63,524 nt of DNA, filler included, from Octopus bimaculoides (GCF_001194135.2; 5 parts of 4 records of this genome joined end to end with filler, not necessarily neighbours in it), one strand, 5' to 3'. Shown: positions 8,801-20,320, numbered from the whole stretch's first letter. Numbers and translations are program-made. The notes: a model not told the origin generated them from the sequence alone.

Positions 8801-11746
8801 ATGGCAACTTTAGTGATATCACAAAAAGTTTTCACATTGTTATTTGTTCTAAATTTCTTTTTATTTTATTGCACATATTTATTTTCGCTTTTCCCCCTAA
8901 AAAATAATTTTTTTGAATCCAAAGATGAACTTGCAAATATTTCTGTTGAATCAGATGGAAACAAATACGATTTTCTGTTCAATTATGGTTTTAGAAGTCC
9001 ATTCAGTCGTGTTGTGGTTATGGTCATTGATTCTCTCCGGGCAGATTTTGTTATCGACAGCAAAAATTCGAACATGAAGTATGTCCAAAAACTTCTAAAA
9101 CGAGAGGAGGCAATTGCTTATTACTCGATCGCTCACCCACCTACAGTAACTCTTCCTCGAATAAAAGCAATGATGACTGGAACTATTCCTGGATATATGG
9201 ATGTTATACTTAATTTTGGTGCGCAGGCTGCCCAGGAAGACAACCTAATATTTCAGCTTTACAAAGCTGGAAAAAAAATTGTCTTTTATGGTGATAATAC
9301 CTGGATTAATTTATTCCCAGCCTACTTTCATAGACAGGATGGTACAGTTTCTTTTTTCGTTTCAGACTATACCGAGGTTGATACTAATGTTAGCCGACAC
9401 TTGGAATGGGAAATGCAACAAAATGATTGGGATGTGATGATCCTGCACTACCTTGGGCTTGATCACATTGGTCACATGGCAAAGCCATCTAGTCCTTTGG
9501 TGGAACCCAAACTTCAAGAGATGGATAAAATTATTGAATTCATTCACCAAAAGCTTCGAGAACAGCATCAACACCACCAAACTCTTATGGTAATTTGTGG
9601 TGATCATGGCATGAGTGACCAAGGGAGTCATGGGGGTTCTTCTCACAAAGAAGTTACTTCAGCCATGATTTGGCTTAATTCAGCTGACAACATAAATAAA
9701 GATTACAAAATCACCTTCCTGAAGCCCTTCACTGAAGTTGATCAAATTGATATTACTGCAACACTGGCTATTGCTTTAGGAGTTGCAATACCACGCAGCA
9801 ATATCGGTGTCATGATACCTGATGTACTGTTACCATTTTCAACTCTTGAGAATATTGCTCATTCAATGTACATCAATGCTAACCAAGTGTTGTCAGTCTT
9901 CAAAGTATATGAACCAAAATGGGAAAATAACGATGCTGTGTTGAAGTATGAGTTGGCCATTTCCAGATACCAGTTATGGAAAAATGCTAGCCAGAAGTAT
10001 ACTGCTCAATGGTATGAAGAAGGCAAGTCTATTGTCCAGTTTTATCATGATGCTATGAAAACTATGAGTTCTAAAATGCTATTGAAGATGATTAATCATG
10101 ATGTCAGTGGAATGCTCTTTAGTAATATCAATTTATGGTTACTCCTTTATGTACTTGTAGTTATCATACTGCAGAAAGGGTGTAGTTCCATCGAACTTGT
10201 CATTACCAATACCCACTGCTTGTGTTTTTTCTTGATTGGATTGGTATTACTAGCTGTGCAATTGTTAATATGTTCTGGTAAACACCAAAACATTCTCTGC
10301 AGTAATCCAACAGTAGTCATTTTGCTGAACTGTGCCTCATATCTCATAATTCTGTTAGTAGTCTGTATAACTCCAGTGTTTCTAAATATATTGAAGAAAA
10401 AGCTAGTTTTCCAAAATTCTATTTCAGCATTTGTGGTATTTGGGACTATTTTACATTCTGTGAGCCTTATGTCAAGTAGCTTTATTGAAGAAGAACACCA
10501 GACTTGGTACTTCCTAACTTGTAGTTTGTTTGCCATTACCAGCTGGTATTTAGTATCGAGGTTATCCCTTGAATGCTCATTCAGTTATTGCAGACCAAAT
10601 ATGAACCCTCAAACACACAAATTAGATCAGCAACGAATATATTATAATATTACTAACTATGGGCCTCGATCTCAATATATAAACTTCAATTACAAGCCAT
10701 GTGTGGCATCTTTCCTTATGCTTGTCTTGTGTCGATCACAACGAATGTGGAATAATACAGGAGACAAATGGCGGGATCTTCCTGATCTTGGTGACTGGCT
10801 CATGGAGTCAAAAAACAAAACTACTCTTTCAATCATTTGTGCTGTTTCTCTGTTACTAATTTTAATTGTTCGGTCTTACCAAGTAAAAAACAAAGGTCAT
10901 CTCTTGCTGTTGTTGGTGGCCTTTGTGTCAACATACTTGTTCCATGTGTCTAGTAATTACATTTACTTGCCATCTATATTTCCCTATCAATGCAGTGAAA
11001 AAGGTGTAAACGAAGCTTATTTGATAAAATGGTGTAGTTTACTAATGTTTGTGATGGTACTTTTTGACATTAAATGGCAGCATCTTTATCAACAAAGCAG
11101 TAATTCTGGTAACACACCTTTTACTCACTTGGCTATACTGAAGTCTTTTATTTTATGCCTGCAGTCTGGATGTATTATATTGTCATCCTTTCTTACCTCT
11201 CACCCTCATAATATTGTCATCATTGCTACTGCTGTACTTCAAGAAGTCATTCTCAGTTATTACATTCTTCCTATAGTTCAGCTGCCTCCTTGGTGTGTAT
11301 CTTTAATTTATACTTGGATGGCAAATGCTACATTTTTCTATCAGGGTCATTCTAACAGCCTCAGTTCTATAGATGTTGCAGCTGGATATTTTGGTTCTAC
11401 CCATTATCAGCCATTATATGTGGGAATACTACTAACTTTGGCAACATACTCTGGCATGATGTTCTGGTATTCCAGTTTGGTTAGATATTTGTTTAGCTCA
11501 TCCCCACACCAACAGATGCCTTACAGGTTATATATTGCAAGTTTTTGTATGATGCTATTTGTAACTGTATCCATCCCAGCATATACCCTATTAGTATTTT
11601 TCCAGCGATTCCATCTCTTTATTTGGACAGTCTTCTCTCCTAAACTTCTATTTATAGGAATGTTGTTCCTGGTCACTTCATTCTTTGTTTTAATTATTTT
11701 ACTCTTCCAGGCTGCATCAATTCCAGTAATATCTATTCATATATGA
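8801..11746 (+). CDS. PIGG: GPI ethanolamine phosphate transferase 2 (PIG-G/GPI7), 981 aa, single coding exon
   Basis: N-terminal TM anchor, then alkaline-phosphatase-superfamily motifs VIDSLRADF, PPTVTLPRIKAMMTG, FYGDNTW, SFFVSDYTEVDTNV, ILHYLGLDHIGH and GDHGMSDQGSHGG. Multi-TM C-terminal half with GHSNSLSSIDVAAGY and HLFIWTVFSPKLL. These match PIGG rather than PIGO, and the length is close to that of vertebrate PIGG. Confidence 0.95.
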   Translation: MATLVISQKVFTLLFVLNFFLFYCTYLFSLFPLKNNFFESKDELANISVESDGNKYDFLFNYGFRSPFSRVVVMVIDSLRADFVIDSKNSNMKYVQKLLKREEAIAYYSIAHPPTVTLPRIKAMMTGTIPGYMDVILNFGAQAAQEDNLIFQLYKAGKKIVFYGDNTWINLFPAYFHRQDGTVSFFVSDYTEVDTNVSRHLEWEMQQNDWDVMILHYLGLDHIGHMAKPSSPLVEPKLQEMDKIIEFIHQKLREQHQHHQTLMVICGDHGMSDQGSHGGSSHKEVTSAMIWLNSADNINKDYKITFLKPFTEVDQIDITATLAIALGVAIPRSNIGVMIPDVLLPFSTLENIAHSMYINANQVLSVFKVYEPKWENNDAVLKYELAISRYQLWKNASQKYTAQWYEEGKSIVQFYHDAMKTMSSKMLLKMINHDVSGMLFSNINLWLLLYVLVVIILQKGCSSIELVITNTHCLCFFLIGLVLLAVQLLICSGKHQNILCSNPTVVILLNCASYLIILLVVCITPVFLNILKKKLVFQNSISAFVVFGTILHSVSLMSSSFIEEEHQTWYFLTCSLFAITSWYLVSRLSLECSFSYCRPNMNPQTHKLDQQRIYYNITNYGPRSQYINFNYKPCVASFLMLVLCRSQRMWNNTGDKWRDLPDLGDWLMESKNKTTLSIICAVSLLLILIVRSYQVKNKGHLLLLLVAFVSTYLFHVSSNYIYLPSIFPYQCSEKGVNEAYLIKWCSLLMFVMVLFDIKWQHLYQQSSNSGNTPFTHLAILKSFILCLQSGCIILSSFLTSHPHNIVIIATAVLQEVILSYYILPIVQLPPWCVSLIYTWMANATFFYQGHSNSLSSIDVAAGYFGSTHYQPLYVGILLTLATYSGMMFWYSSLVRYLFSSSPHQQMPYRLYIASFCMMLFVTVSIPAYTLLVFFQRFHLFIWTVFSPKLLFIGMLFLVTSFFVLIILLFQAASIPVISIHI

Positions 11747-11962
11747 TCTCAAGCAACCTAAATGTCTTTCAAAAAATTATTTATTCTCTCCAAAAGAGGA
11801 ATTGTACTTTTTGTCCCAGTATGGGATTCTTTTCAAAACCTGTGAGCATCATCACTTAGTGTCACTTGAGAGAAAATTTTTGACCAATGTTAAATACAGT
11901 AATAGCCCATCTGGTTGCTCATGTATCACTGAAATAGTTCGTCTCATATAGTGTTTTAACTG

Positions 11963-11968
11963 AATAAA
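11963..11968 (+). promoter_or_regulatory. Candidate polyadenylation signal of PIGG
   Basis: First AATAAA I found after the stop at 11746; motif only, no transcript data. Confidence 0.4.
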
Positions 11969-12949
11969 TATTGAAGTGGTCCCCCATTGCTTTGCTCTAA
12001 ACGAATAGGAAGATTTAAATCCCATGTTACAAGCTAAGAAAATGTTTGTCAATAATTATGTAGCTTTTTGTATCTTACAACAAACCAACATTGCATCATA
12101 TAGAAAGTTTCGGCAAGATTTTATCTCATTTTCAGTGCTGATCTTTGTACCTAAATTTAAAAGTATCCAATCTATAGAATTGTAAATAATTATAATAGTG
12201 GTTATGGTTGTAGCAGGAATATTGAGAGAGTCACAAATATCTATTCACTACTGAACCTGAAATCATTGTTTAAATGTGAAAGTAATTGCAAACACTAAAA
12301 CAATATCTTGTTGGAGATTGGTGTCAGCAAGCAAGTAATCATTCAGGTTCCTGTAAACACATTAAGAAACTGTTTTTATCAGTAGCTAGGCTGCCCATTG
12401 AAACAATAGATTCAGTAGACACTTAACCTGTCAGAAACCCAGCTGTAAACAGCCTAACCATTTGAGGATAAGCAACATATTGAAATATTATTAACAATCT
12501 TTAGTGCCTTTTCTTTAACAGGCCATTAGGTAAATATAGATGGCTTGTCTGGTCACTGATCATTGGTCATAATACAGCTAAAGTCAGTGGCTGTAGGGAC
12601 TTACACCATCCCCTTCAATTATAACTACACCAATCTGCTATCACTGCTGACATTTCTCATGGACACACATGAACTGACTCATTAGGCATAAATATTTTTA
12701 TACTTTTTCTCTGTTGTCAATGACAAAATATTTTTGTTAATAATTAATAAATATTTTTGTATTGGGACTTCACTCAGATTTTTGTTCTTCTATCAACCAA
12801 CCAAAATATTTTGTCATTACATAATTAATTGGATAATTAGGGAGTTTTGTGAGTTGGCTGACCAAACTGAGTCAAAGTCTCATCAAAGCACATCAAATGG
12901 TGTTAGCAGACATTTAGGGTGGATGAGGTGAGGTAGATGATAATATTTG

Positions 12950-13225
12950 CAGATGTACGTGAGAAGACCCAGCAAGGCAAGTGAGAGCATAATCTGTGAT
13001 CTCTGCCAGAAGTGAAGCCAGCTCACTAATCCGTATCTTTACTTCATTGGACACTAAAAACCCTGCTTGCGAAGACCTGTTGAGGCAAGTGAATTTGGAA
13101 TTTGAAATTTGAAATCAAACTGAATCCGACGACTGGCACCCATGCCAACCTCTCCTTCATTGGACACTAAACTCTGCTTGTGAAGATCTGAAATCGTAAT
13201 TGAACCATACTCGATGACTGGTCCT
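12950..13225 (+). mobile_element. Retroelement 3-prime end with internal tandem duplication
   Basis: ttcattggacactaaa..ctgcttg.gaaga.ctg occurs at ~13044 and ~13156, each followed by gatgactgg/gacgactgg; family not determined. Confidence 0.5.
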
Positions 13226-14077
13226 GTTGATTGAGTGTATGTTAAGATTTGTTGGAAAAAATTTTTCTGAGGGGCTAAGGAGAGGAATTTTGGAAAATTC
13301 ACACAACCTAACATTTTCTGCCGCATAACTTTCAGGAAAATTGGTATTTTTTAATGAAGTTTTATACAAATACCTTTCAAACAGCATTGAATAACTGTCA
13401 TCATGGCTTTATAATATATTGTCCAAAGCAAAAGGTTTTCCAACATTTTCTCTGAGAATAGCTTCATTTTCTTTCATTATCATTCTCTATCCACTCCTTT
13501 TGTTCACTCAATCTCTTTAAATATTTTTCTCTCTTCCCCTTCTCTCCTCTCTCCCTCCTCTATGTCTCCTTGCCTCTAACCTTTCTCCTGCATTTAATGA
13601 TGTATATTTCTCTTACCTCTCAGCACTATCAATGTTCTCTCTCTCACACTCTTTCACTCCCTTTTACTCCTTATTCTTTGCTGCTTTGCCTCTTACTTCA
13701 ACTATACTTCTGCTTAACAAGTTTCATTTCTCTCTTTTTACCTCTTCCTTTCAACTAAGTGTGACACACCACAGGTACATATGTATGTAACTACGTATGT
13801 GTTAGCATATTAATATAACAATTTTTATAACTTGGAAATAAATTTGAGAATAATCAAAATAAATTGTGAAATCCAGCGAAAGTCTCCCATGAAATAGAAA
13901 TAATTATTTGTATGAAAAGTAAGAACCTATGCACATCAAATTGTCTTTAAGTGGTGGCAGAAGAATTATCGTTGAACTTTTAAAAGGTAGGCTTATATAT
14001 TAATGTAATACTTAAAAGCATCAATCAATTTTCAGTTCTTCTGTAGTTTATTGTTGCCTATCGCATATGGCAGCAGT

Positions 14078-14436
14078 ATGCCTTGTAAAAATAAATCTCC
14101 GCCAACAGAGGACCAGATTGCAATCAAAAGAGCCAATGCTGCAGCAAGGAAAAGAAAGTCCGGTGCAAATGAAAACCCAGATTAAACGGCAGCCAGGAGA
14201 GCTTCCAAGCTAAGAATATGCAAATGCTTAGGGACTCTCAAACTCCTGAACAAGCTGCATCCAGGAGAACATCAAATGCTCATACCAAGAGGAGAGAAAG
14301 GGCATTAGAAACACCTGAACAAGCTGAATTTAGGAGAGCTTCCAATGTAGCCAACACGAGAAAAGTAAGGGATTCAGAATCACTAGAGCAATCAGAAACC
14401 AGGAGAACTGCCAATGTTGTACAGAAGCTAGCTTAA
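14078..14436 (+). pseudogene. Disrupted ORF with four 23-aa STPR-like repeats (Helitron N-terminus-like or derived gene)
   Basis: ATG at 14078, one in-frame TAA and one 1-nt frameshift. Repeats: KRANAAARKRKSGANENPD*TAA / RRASNAKNMQMLRDSQTPEQAAS (restored) / RRTSNAHTKRRERALETPEQAEF / RRASNVANTRKVRDSESLEQSET. Confidence 0.65.
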
Positions 14437-15984
14437 AAGCTGCCAATTTATAAGAAGTCACGGGTTGTTAGTTATGTCTCTACAATCTAAGTTCAAATTT
14501 CATCAGTGTCAATTTTGCTTTTCATTCCTCCAGGGCTGATAAAATAAAGGACTGATCAAGTACTGGGTTTGATTTAATCAACTAAGTCCTCTTCCTAGAT
14601 TTGTGGCCTTGTATCTGTTTTAGAAATAATTATTAATATACAAATTGTCACTATTACTGAAATATATTGAGTCACTGATTAATATAATGCTTAGAAAACA
14701 ATGAGTATTAATATCAAACTCTCCAAAGAGCTGACGAGAAGTCTACAGAAATTAAATGATAAATAGGATTCTATTTCACAGCTACACTGACTGGAGCTCT
14801 TTACTCCATACAGAAATTAAATAAATGTTTTTATTTTCTCTTGTCTATATCATGTTTATTCACTCGCATGGTAAGTATTTTGGTGGCGTTATATGTTCTC
14901 AACAATCTTAAGTTTATGAACTGAATTTAGTTCATGATTAGAACTTTAGAACTACCTATCTCTCTATAGTTTATTTCTGTTAAAAAGAAGGGAAAAAGAT
15001 GAGATGATATACAATTTAAAATTGTAGAGAAAATATAGCTTTGTAGGGAGCCCCCTAACAGTATTATAGAAATAAAATATTTTAAATAATTTATTTCATG
15101 TTGCTGGCAAAAATGATTTGTACCTGGAATTCAAAGGGCCAACCTTGTCATTTCCATGTCACAGTGAATCTCCCTGAGAACTATGCTAAGGTTATGCATA
15201 TCTATGGAATGCTCGGCCACTTGCACATGAATTTTACAAGCAGGCTGCTCCATTGATCAGATCAACTAGAATGCTTGTCATAATCAACAGAATAAGTGAT
15301 GATGACGATGATTTTAAATGTGAAAAGAATTTTTATAAAGTTGAAATGAAGGTCAAAAAATTAGTGTAATACTTTCATATTTTGCAAATCTTCAGTAATA
15401 AGTTAAAAATAATTCTGAATTGAGAGTATGACATTTTCTCATTGTAATTTCTTGTATTCCTAATACAAAGGAAGAAAATGAATTTGATCCGACACCACAA
15501 AAGTCAGAATATAATACATTTAGGTGGAGTCACTATTTGAGTTCCTTTACAATGAGCTGTTATTTGATACTATTTTGCATTCCTTGTCCATATAGCAAAT
15601 TTCAATGGAAAAGTTAAAGCTTCATAATTTTAATACTTTAACAGTAAATTATGGAGTGTATACTAAATCAGTAGTCTAAGTAGCATGAATACATGTGGAA
15701 TGGGGGAATGAATTTGCATGACATCAGAAAAGCAAGGATTACCTTTAGATAAAATTTATAACCACTTTATGAAGTTGGTTTACTGGATGTTAATTTGTAA
15801 TATATTCACTTGTTTTGTATTTTATTTATTTATTTATTTATTGGTTTCAGCCAAGTGGCTGTGGTCATGCTGGAGCACCACCGTGAATATGTCTTTTTTT
15901 AAAAACATTTTTCCATGCCAGCATAAGTTGGACAAATATATCTTAACCTTTTGGCATCTCATTACTCTAAATGTGGTACTTATT

Positions 15985-16290
15985 TATTTGCATTAAAGCT
16001 CCGATGTCTGACAACTGACTTAGTAGACACCCACAAGATTATCCACTGTCTTTCCAACAACAACCTTGAGCGCCTTTTTGAATTCCATATGTCTAACATT
16101 TGTGGACATGCTTACAACATCAAAAAAAAAACAAAACAACAACACAGCACCCATGACTTTCAGAAACATTTTCACACTCAAAATTTCTGAAACATGGAAT
16201 AAACTACCTGCATCAGTTGTTAGCTGTCTGGACACTTCATCTTTCAAAACTTCCATGTTTCCTGAAATTCGCTAACAGTACCTGATGCCC
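15985..16290 (+). mobile_element. CR1 LINE 3-prime end (RT C-terminus)
   Basis: LRCLTTDLVDTHKII...CGHAYNI...HDFQKHF and ETWNKLPASVVSCLDTSSFKTSM, typical CR1 C-terminal motifs. Confidence 0.8.
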
Positions 16291-16580
16291 CCCCCAATCC
16301 TGTTTCTTCTTTTCTTTATTCTAATAATTGTTTTACTGTTCACTTCCTGTGCATATTCTATGAACTGTTTGATGAAGTTTTGGTTGCTTTTAAACTTGTT
16401 TGTATCATAAAATGAAGGGTGGTTTTAGGTAGGTTAGTATGAAAAAGGTTCAATCTGTAGCTTTGCCAAATTTGAAAATTACCTTTTTTTTTTTAACAGT
16501 AAAACTTTTAGAGAGCATGTATTTAATAAGCAGATAATTAAAACAACACTTTATATTGTTAATTATATTTATTGAAAGAA

Positions 16581-16782
16581 TTAATTGGATGGGTTTAGCT
16601 TTTGTTTGATGGATATGGATGGTAAGGAAGGTAATAAAGTTGAGGCATTGGCATAACCAATGACTGCCCTGGCAGAACTGGGTCGGGTAAGGTACTTTAA
16701 GTGTGGCTTCTTTTCTTGTTTATTACTATAAGTCTTGTTCTTGATGACAGGTTCTTTGAATGATAAGGGTTTTGAAGATAAT
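16581..16782 (-). CDS. Terminal coding exon (202 nt, phase 2 to stop) of the same gene
   Basis: ttttgatcctctag acceptor; LSSKPLSFKEPVIKNK...RPSSARAVIG...KQKLNPSN then TAA; minus-strand AATAAA at 16568-16573. Confidence 0.7.
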
Positions 16783-17309
16783 CTAGAGGATCAAAAGGAG
16801 AAAAGAATAGTACTGAGAATTATGCTTTCCACAAAATACAACAAACATGAATTATTAAACTAGCAAATGATATCTTAAGTTAAAAGTACACAAATGTATG
16901 CAATGATAATGAGTAAGAGAGCTTAAATTTTTGCTAATACATTGCCTACTGAAGGTTGGGAAGAAACTATAGCAAGGACCTATGAGTAGAAAGTGATGGG
17001 AAAGGGAAATTTGTTCTGAGGAAACCATATGTATTTTGCATGCTAATGGAAAACTGATGCAAAACAGTTATAAGAAATTATAACCTCATGCATTTAGTTG
17101 TTGCTTAGATCCAGGTTAGCAAACCTATGATCAAATGTGTTCTTTTTTTATCTAGATTACATAATCCAATGTGTCCTTCCTTTTTTAAGATTGCAGGGTG
17201 TAATTCAAGGAAATTTAGTTGTTGTTTTAGTAGATTGACTGACCATATATATGTTCCCTCATTAGCTTGCTTCAGTTACTTTTACCATCAGAATCAGACT
17301 AGTACTTAC

Positions 17310-17678
17310 TGGTCACTTTTCTCACTTGCCGGAGTATTTAGAGGTCTTGTTTTAAGTTGATGGCTGTGTTGTTGAGAGCTTGGAGGTTTGGGAAACTTGC
17401 TTGGTTTCCTAACTTCTGGAAGTACATCACAGTTGGGTATATTCTTAAGCTTAGATGTGATATGATGTACTTCACTAGTAGACTCAGGGTCTTCATCGTA
17501 GCTTTCCTCTCTAAAGCTTTCACTCATAGACTGAGACAGATTAATATTGTACTCTTCAATATCAATGCTAGACAAACACGACAAAGGGTCATTATCTAAT
17601 TCTGTACATTCTTCAATATTATCCTCTTCAATTTTCAGTATTTGAGGTGTAGAAGATTCTTTAATATTCTTTTGGCAT
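17310..17678 (-). CDS. Internal coding exon (369 nt, phase 2 to 2) of the same gene
   Basis: aattctacag acceptor and CA/gtaagt donor; stop-free acidic Ser-rich frame CQKNIKESSTPQILKIEED...NTPASEKSDQ that includes track ORF 17306-17584. Confidence 0.75.
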
Positions 17679-18177
17679 CTGTAGAATTATAAAATGCACA
17701 AATGAAAAAAAATATTTAAAAAATATACATTTACAGCAAAACAATTATGAAAAGGTAAATGCATCAATATGTATAAGATGTATGCGAAATATGTTAATGA
17801 CAGGAAGAAGAAACAGTCGATTCTTTTTGATTAGTTTCATTTTATGCCATAGATTTGCTTTAAAAATGCTGAAACTAGATGGTGTCCAGAAAATTCACCA
17901 AAAACATTTTTGCCTTGGTAGAATTTTCCATAGCAAAATTTGCTGTAAGAAATTTCACTATAAGACAAATTCACTGCATGGACAATGATAATGCATGTTA
18001 ATATCAGCATTTTTTTAAATAAAAAAAAAACAATGATAAAAGACTTTATAAAAACATTAAATAGGCAAATATTTATAAAAAGTCAAACAGTGAGGACAAC
18101 AATGCTTGCTGAATTATCATCTTCCAGCACAGTATGCACTCTTAATTTACACACTTATTTTCACATTTCCACCATAT

Positions 18178-18398
18178 TACAAGGGGGTGCTGAAAAGTTC
18201 CTGACTTTGGGTAAAAGAAAATACATGAGCATTAGTTAATTATGATTTCATTCAACATATTCCCCTCTCAGATTCACATACTTATTGCAGTGATCTTTGA
18301 GTTTTTCTAAGCTCTGTAAAAGAACTCGGAAGGTTGGGCCTCCAACCAGGTCTTTCACGATATCCTTAAAGCCAGGAACTTTTCAGCGCCTCTTCGTA
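18178..18398. mobile_element. Mariner-type MITE (~221 bp) with TIRs and TA ends
   Basis: tacaagggggtgctgaaaagttcctgactt at the left; aagccaggaacttttcagcgcctcttcgta at the right; second copy at 33116-33337. Confidence 0.85.
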
Positions 18399-19565
18399 TT
18401 TCAAGTTATCTACTAATTTCACACTGCCTCTGCTAGTTTCCACTATAAAGACTATTGTAATGTATTAGTTGCATGGAAATATTCATTAAAGAAGGTACAC
18501 AAGTAGACTGTAAACTAAATAAATCATTTTAAAGAAATTACCTTTTAGTAATTATTAGGTTAATTGATGAAGTCACCATTTTAAGAAAACAGTTAATTTT
18601 TTTTTCTTTTTATAATTTATTTCTTTTTTATGGTAATGCATTTTGCAGTGAGTTTTCCAATGGCAAAATTGTTTACAGCAAAATTTCCTATAACCAAATT
18701 AAACATCTACAGCAAAAACATCAGTAAAAATTATCTTTTGTGATTCACCTCACTCACTGGTGCATAGAAGTTTGCAGGTTGTGAAGAATCCAAAATAATT
18801 CTTGCAGGTGATTTATCACCTGGAAAAGTGACCTGAGTCAGTAAGACAATAGATAAGAAGCCAGGTGAAACTGAATGCACATAAAAAGGAAGAATTCTGT
18901 TGTCACAGTTAACATGTATATTGTGATGAATTAAACTCTGGCAGAGTGTACAGTTGATTTATTCTATCTACTCACCAAATTAGAACCTCAATGGAAAAGG
19001 GAATCTGTGTTCAACAGTAGAATCACAGTAAAAGTTCATTATCTTTTAGCACATGGATAATTAGATAAGATACAAAGCAAAGAATGTTCTTTAATATATT
19101 GAATTTAATCAGAAGCTATATAAACTAATTATGTGGTTGTAAAACAAGCTCAGTCGCTACAAAAATTAGCAAGAAGTACAATAACTAAGTTAAGCTGCTG
19201 AACTACTGAGATATACTTCTAAGTTCAAACTTTGCAAAAACTGCAATAAATGCCATTCGTATTTCATGGATGAGTGGTTAGCAGAGGGAATGAGATTCAA
19301 ATGTATAGAAAGAAGTGATAAAAATAAATCTCATCTATGGAAAGAGGATTAAAAGCAAATAAAACAAATAAAAAAAGGACATGCAAAATATTGTAATTAG
19401 TTGAAATATTATAAAGTGACCAACTAGAAATGTAAAATATTAGAAAAGCCCATCGTTTCTCCCTGTCATTACTGGTATCTTTTATGTGCTGAATTGAAGT
19501 GTTGTTGATTAAATTAATATCTGACATAAACAATGAAATTATTACAAAAAGTAAAAAATTCCTAC

Positions 19566-19669
19566 TTTTCATATTCAACTTTCCACTCTTCCAGTTGTTT
19601 TATGATGTCTGCTAAGTTCTCATTTCTGTTTGGTAACTCATCAAATGTGTGCTCAGGTTTAAAAGAAAA
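19566..19669 (-). CDS. Internal coding exon (104 nt, phase 0 to 2) of the same gene
   Basis: ctctattttag acceptor and AA/gtagga donor; FSFKPEHTFDELPNRNENLADIIKQLEEWKVEYEK, a short coiled-coil-like stretch. Confidence 0.7.
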
Positions 19670-20039
19670 CTAAAATAGAGTAAACATTGACATTCAGCTA
19701 CAGATGGTTAAGTCACATTTACACCTGAGTAGTCATGATTAGGAGTAGCATAGCACTTGTGGTATTGGTAGTAGTAATTGTAGTGAAGGTGGTGGGAGCA
19801 GCAGTAATGTTCGTGTTAATAATGGTGATGATGATGATGATAATAAGAGTAGTTGGAAATGATGTCACTCAGATTATACCACTTTTCACTCCTCACCGTT
19901 CTTGTACACAGGCATCAACAACATGCAACCTAAATAATAGTCTCGTATATCAGTAATGGTGTTGCTCCTACACACATAAATGTCTTATATCACATTTATA
20001 AAAATGGTTGCCTGGCTGTGTGGCAAAATATTAATTCAC

Positions 20040-20320
20040 TAACATGCTACAAACATTTGGCCTCATATACTGCTGCTATAATGGCTTTTGCTCTTCAGAA
20101 CAAGCAACCTGCATACCATCTTCACCCAATACACCTATCTTTCATCTTCTCTTCCCTATCATATCACATCTCAGAAATCTTTCACTAAACATCTTGCTCA
20201 ATTCTTCCTTTCCAGAACTGCAAAGGTCTGGAATTTTTTCTCTGTACACATCTTCCCTAAAGGCATTAACCTGCACAAATTTAAGTTGAAATATCAAATG
20301 CACAAACTCTTACCAATCTG
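20040..20320 (+). mobile_element. CR1/Crack LINE 3-prime end, inside an intron of the minus-strand gene
   Basis: TKHLAQFFLSRTAKVWNFFSVHIFPKGINLHKFK resembles the terminal SFFPRT..LWN.LP...FP....FK motif. Confidence 0.7.

Noticed and set aside
9362-10536. Antisense ORFs 9362-9646 and 10147-10536
   Set aside because: Shadows of the PIGG coding strand.
19297-19565. Hydrophobic 93-aa ORF resembling a membrane protein
   Set aside because: It is in a different frame from the spliced exon at 19566-19669 and runs through T-rich intron; the hydrophobicity reflects base composition.
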